Shown here: positions 63,987 to 64,000 of the stretch, piece by piece
Position numbering within the stretch: the first letter of the stretch is position 1
How the letters are laid out: each line of letters starts with the position of its first letter
NCBI GenBank assembly: GCA_002841395.1
Contig: PGZM01000005.1
Location: forward strand, 142,556-206,555
Reading direction: 5' to 3'
DNA: 64,000 bases
Origin: Firmicutes bacterium HGW-Firmicutes-9
Lineage (GTDB): Bacteria > Bacillota > Clostridia > Christensenellales > CAG-138
The notes under the pieces: generated by a model
Seen by the model: the letters and a program-made list of their open reading frames with translations, nothing else
Told to the model about the DNA's origin: nothing
Databases searched by the model: none
Translations under genes and position numbers: made by a program

Positions 63987-64000
63987 CTAAAAATTCATCG

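Noticed and set aside
1-64000. Search for CRISPR arrays, IS elements, integrases, prophage blocks, rRNA, tmRNA/RNase P/SRP RNA, and toxin-antitoxin pairs
   Set aside because: I found no regularly spaced repeats, no transposase or recombinase motifs in any frame of the track, and no long structured non-coding gaps. Apart from the T-box leader, the intergenic gaps of 200-400 nt or less are mostly accounted for by promoters, leaders and terminators.

Overview
This is a 64-kb chromosomal segment from a high-G+C anaerobic Firmicute. Spot counts of 60-nt lines give about 58-60% G+C. A Clostridia-like origin is my inference from a T-box leader, an electron-bifurcating [FeFe]-hydrogenase operon, AGGAGG-type ribosome-binding sites (RBS) and many hairpin plus T-run terminators. 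I support about 62 protein genes and one tRNA-Met(CAU). I saw no rRNA, CRISPR array, transposase or integrase. Core content, in order: aconitase plus NADP-isocitrate dehydrogenase; yhbY; ohr; an obg-nth-glmM-trxB block on the minus strand; assorted regulators, transporters and hydrolases; arginine deiminase and ornithine carbamoyltransferase; DUF1015 and aspartate kinase; a tryptophanase/tyrosine-phenol-lyase family gene; envelope genes (O-antigen-ligase-like, nucleotidyltransferase, galE); a 10-gene hydrogenase locus; an ECF sigma factor; and a MacAB-type exporter followed by two YcxB paralogs. The high G+C produces many long antisense ORFs in the track, which I rejected. Items worth a second look: (1) a T-box leader whose specifier I read as UAC (Tyr) sits in front of the beta-eliminating-lyase gene, so a catabolic-family enzyme appears to be under starvation-ON control. 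(2) A six-gene module (DRTGG, HATPase, HydS-like [FeFe] protein, DRTGG, PHP, HATPase) is embedded inside the hydrogenase operon and has no recognisable output domain. (3) Three AT-rich single-gene insertions encode defence-island-type proteins: DUF3883 next to the tRNA, a DUF4236 membrane protein, and DUF4041 plus T5orf172. (4) A lower-GC MarR-GNAT cassette is bracketed by an identical 24-bp hairpin. (5) Smaller oddities include a degenerate triplication of the arcA 3' end, an untracked 50-aa repeat lipoprotein, and a TSCSP variant of the HydA L1 motif. All family assignments come from reading motifs in the translations, not from searches.
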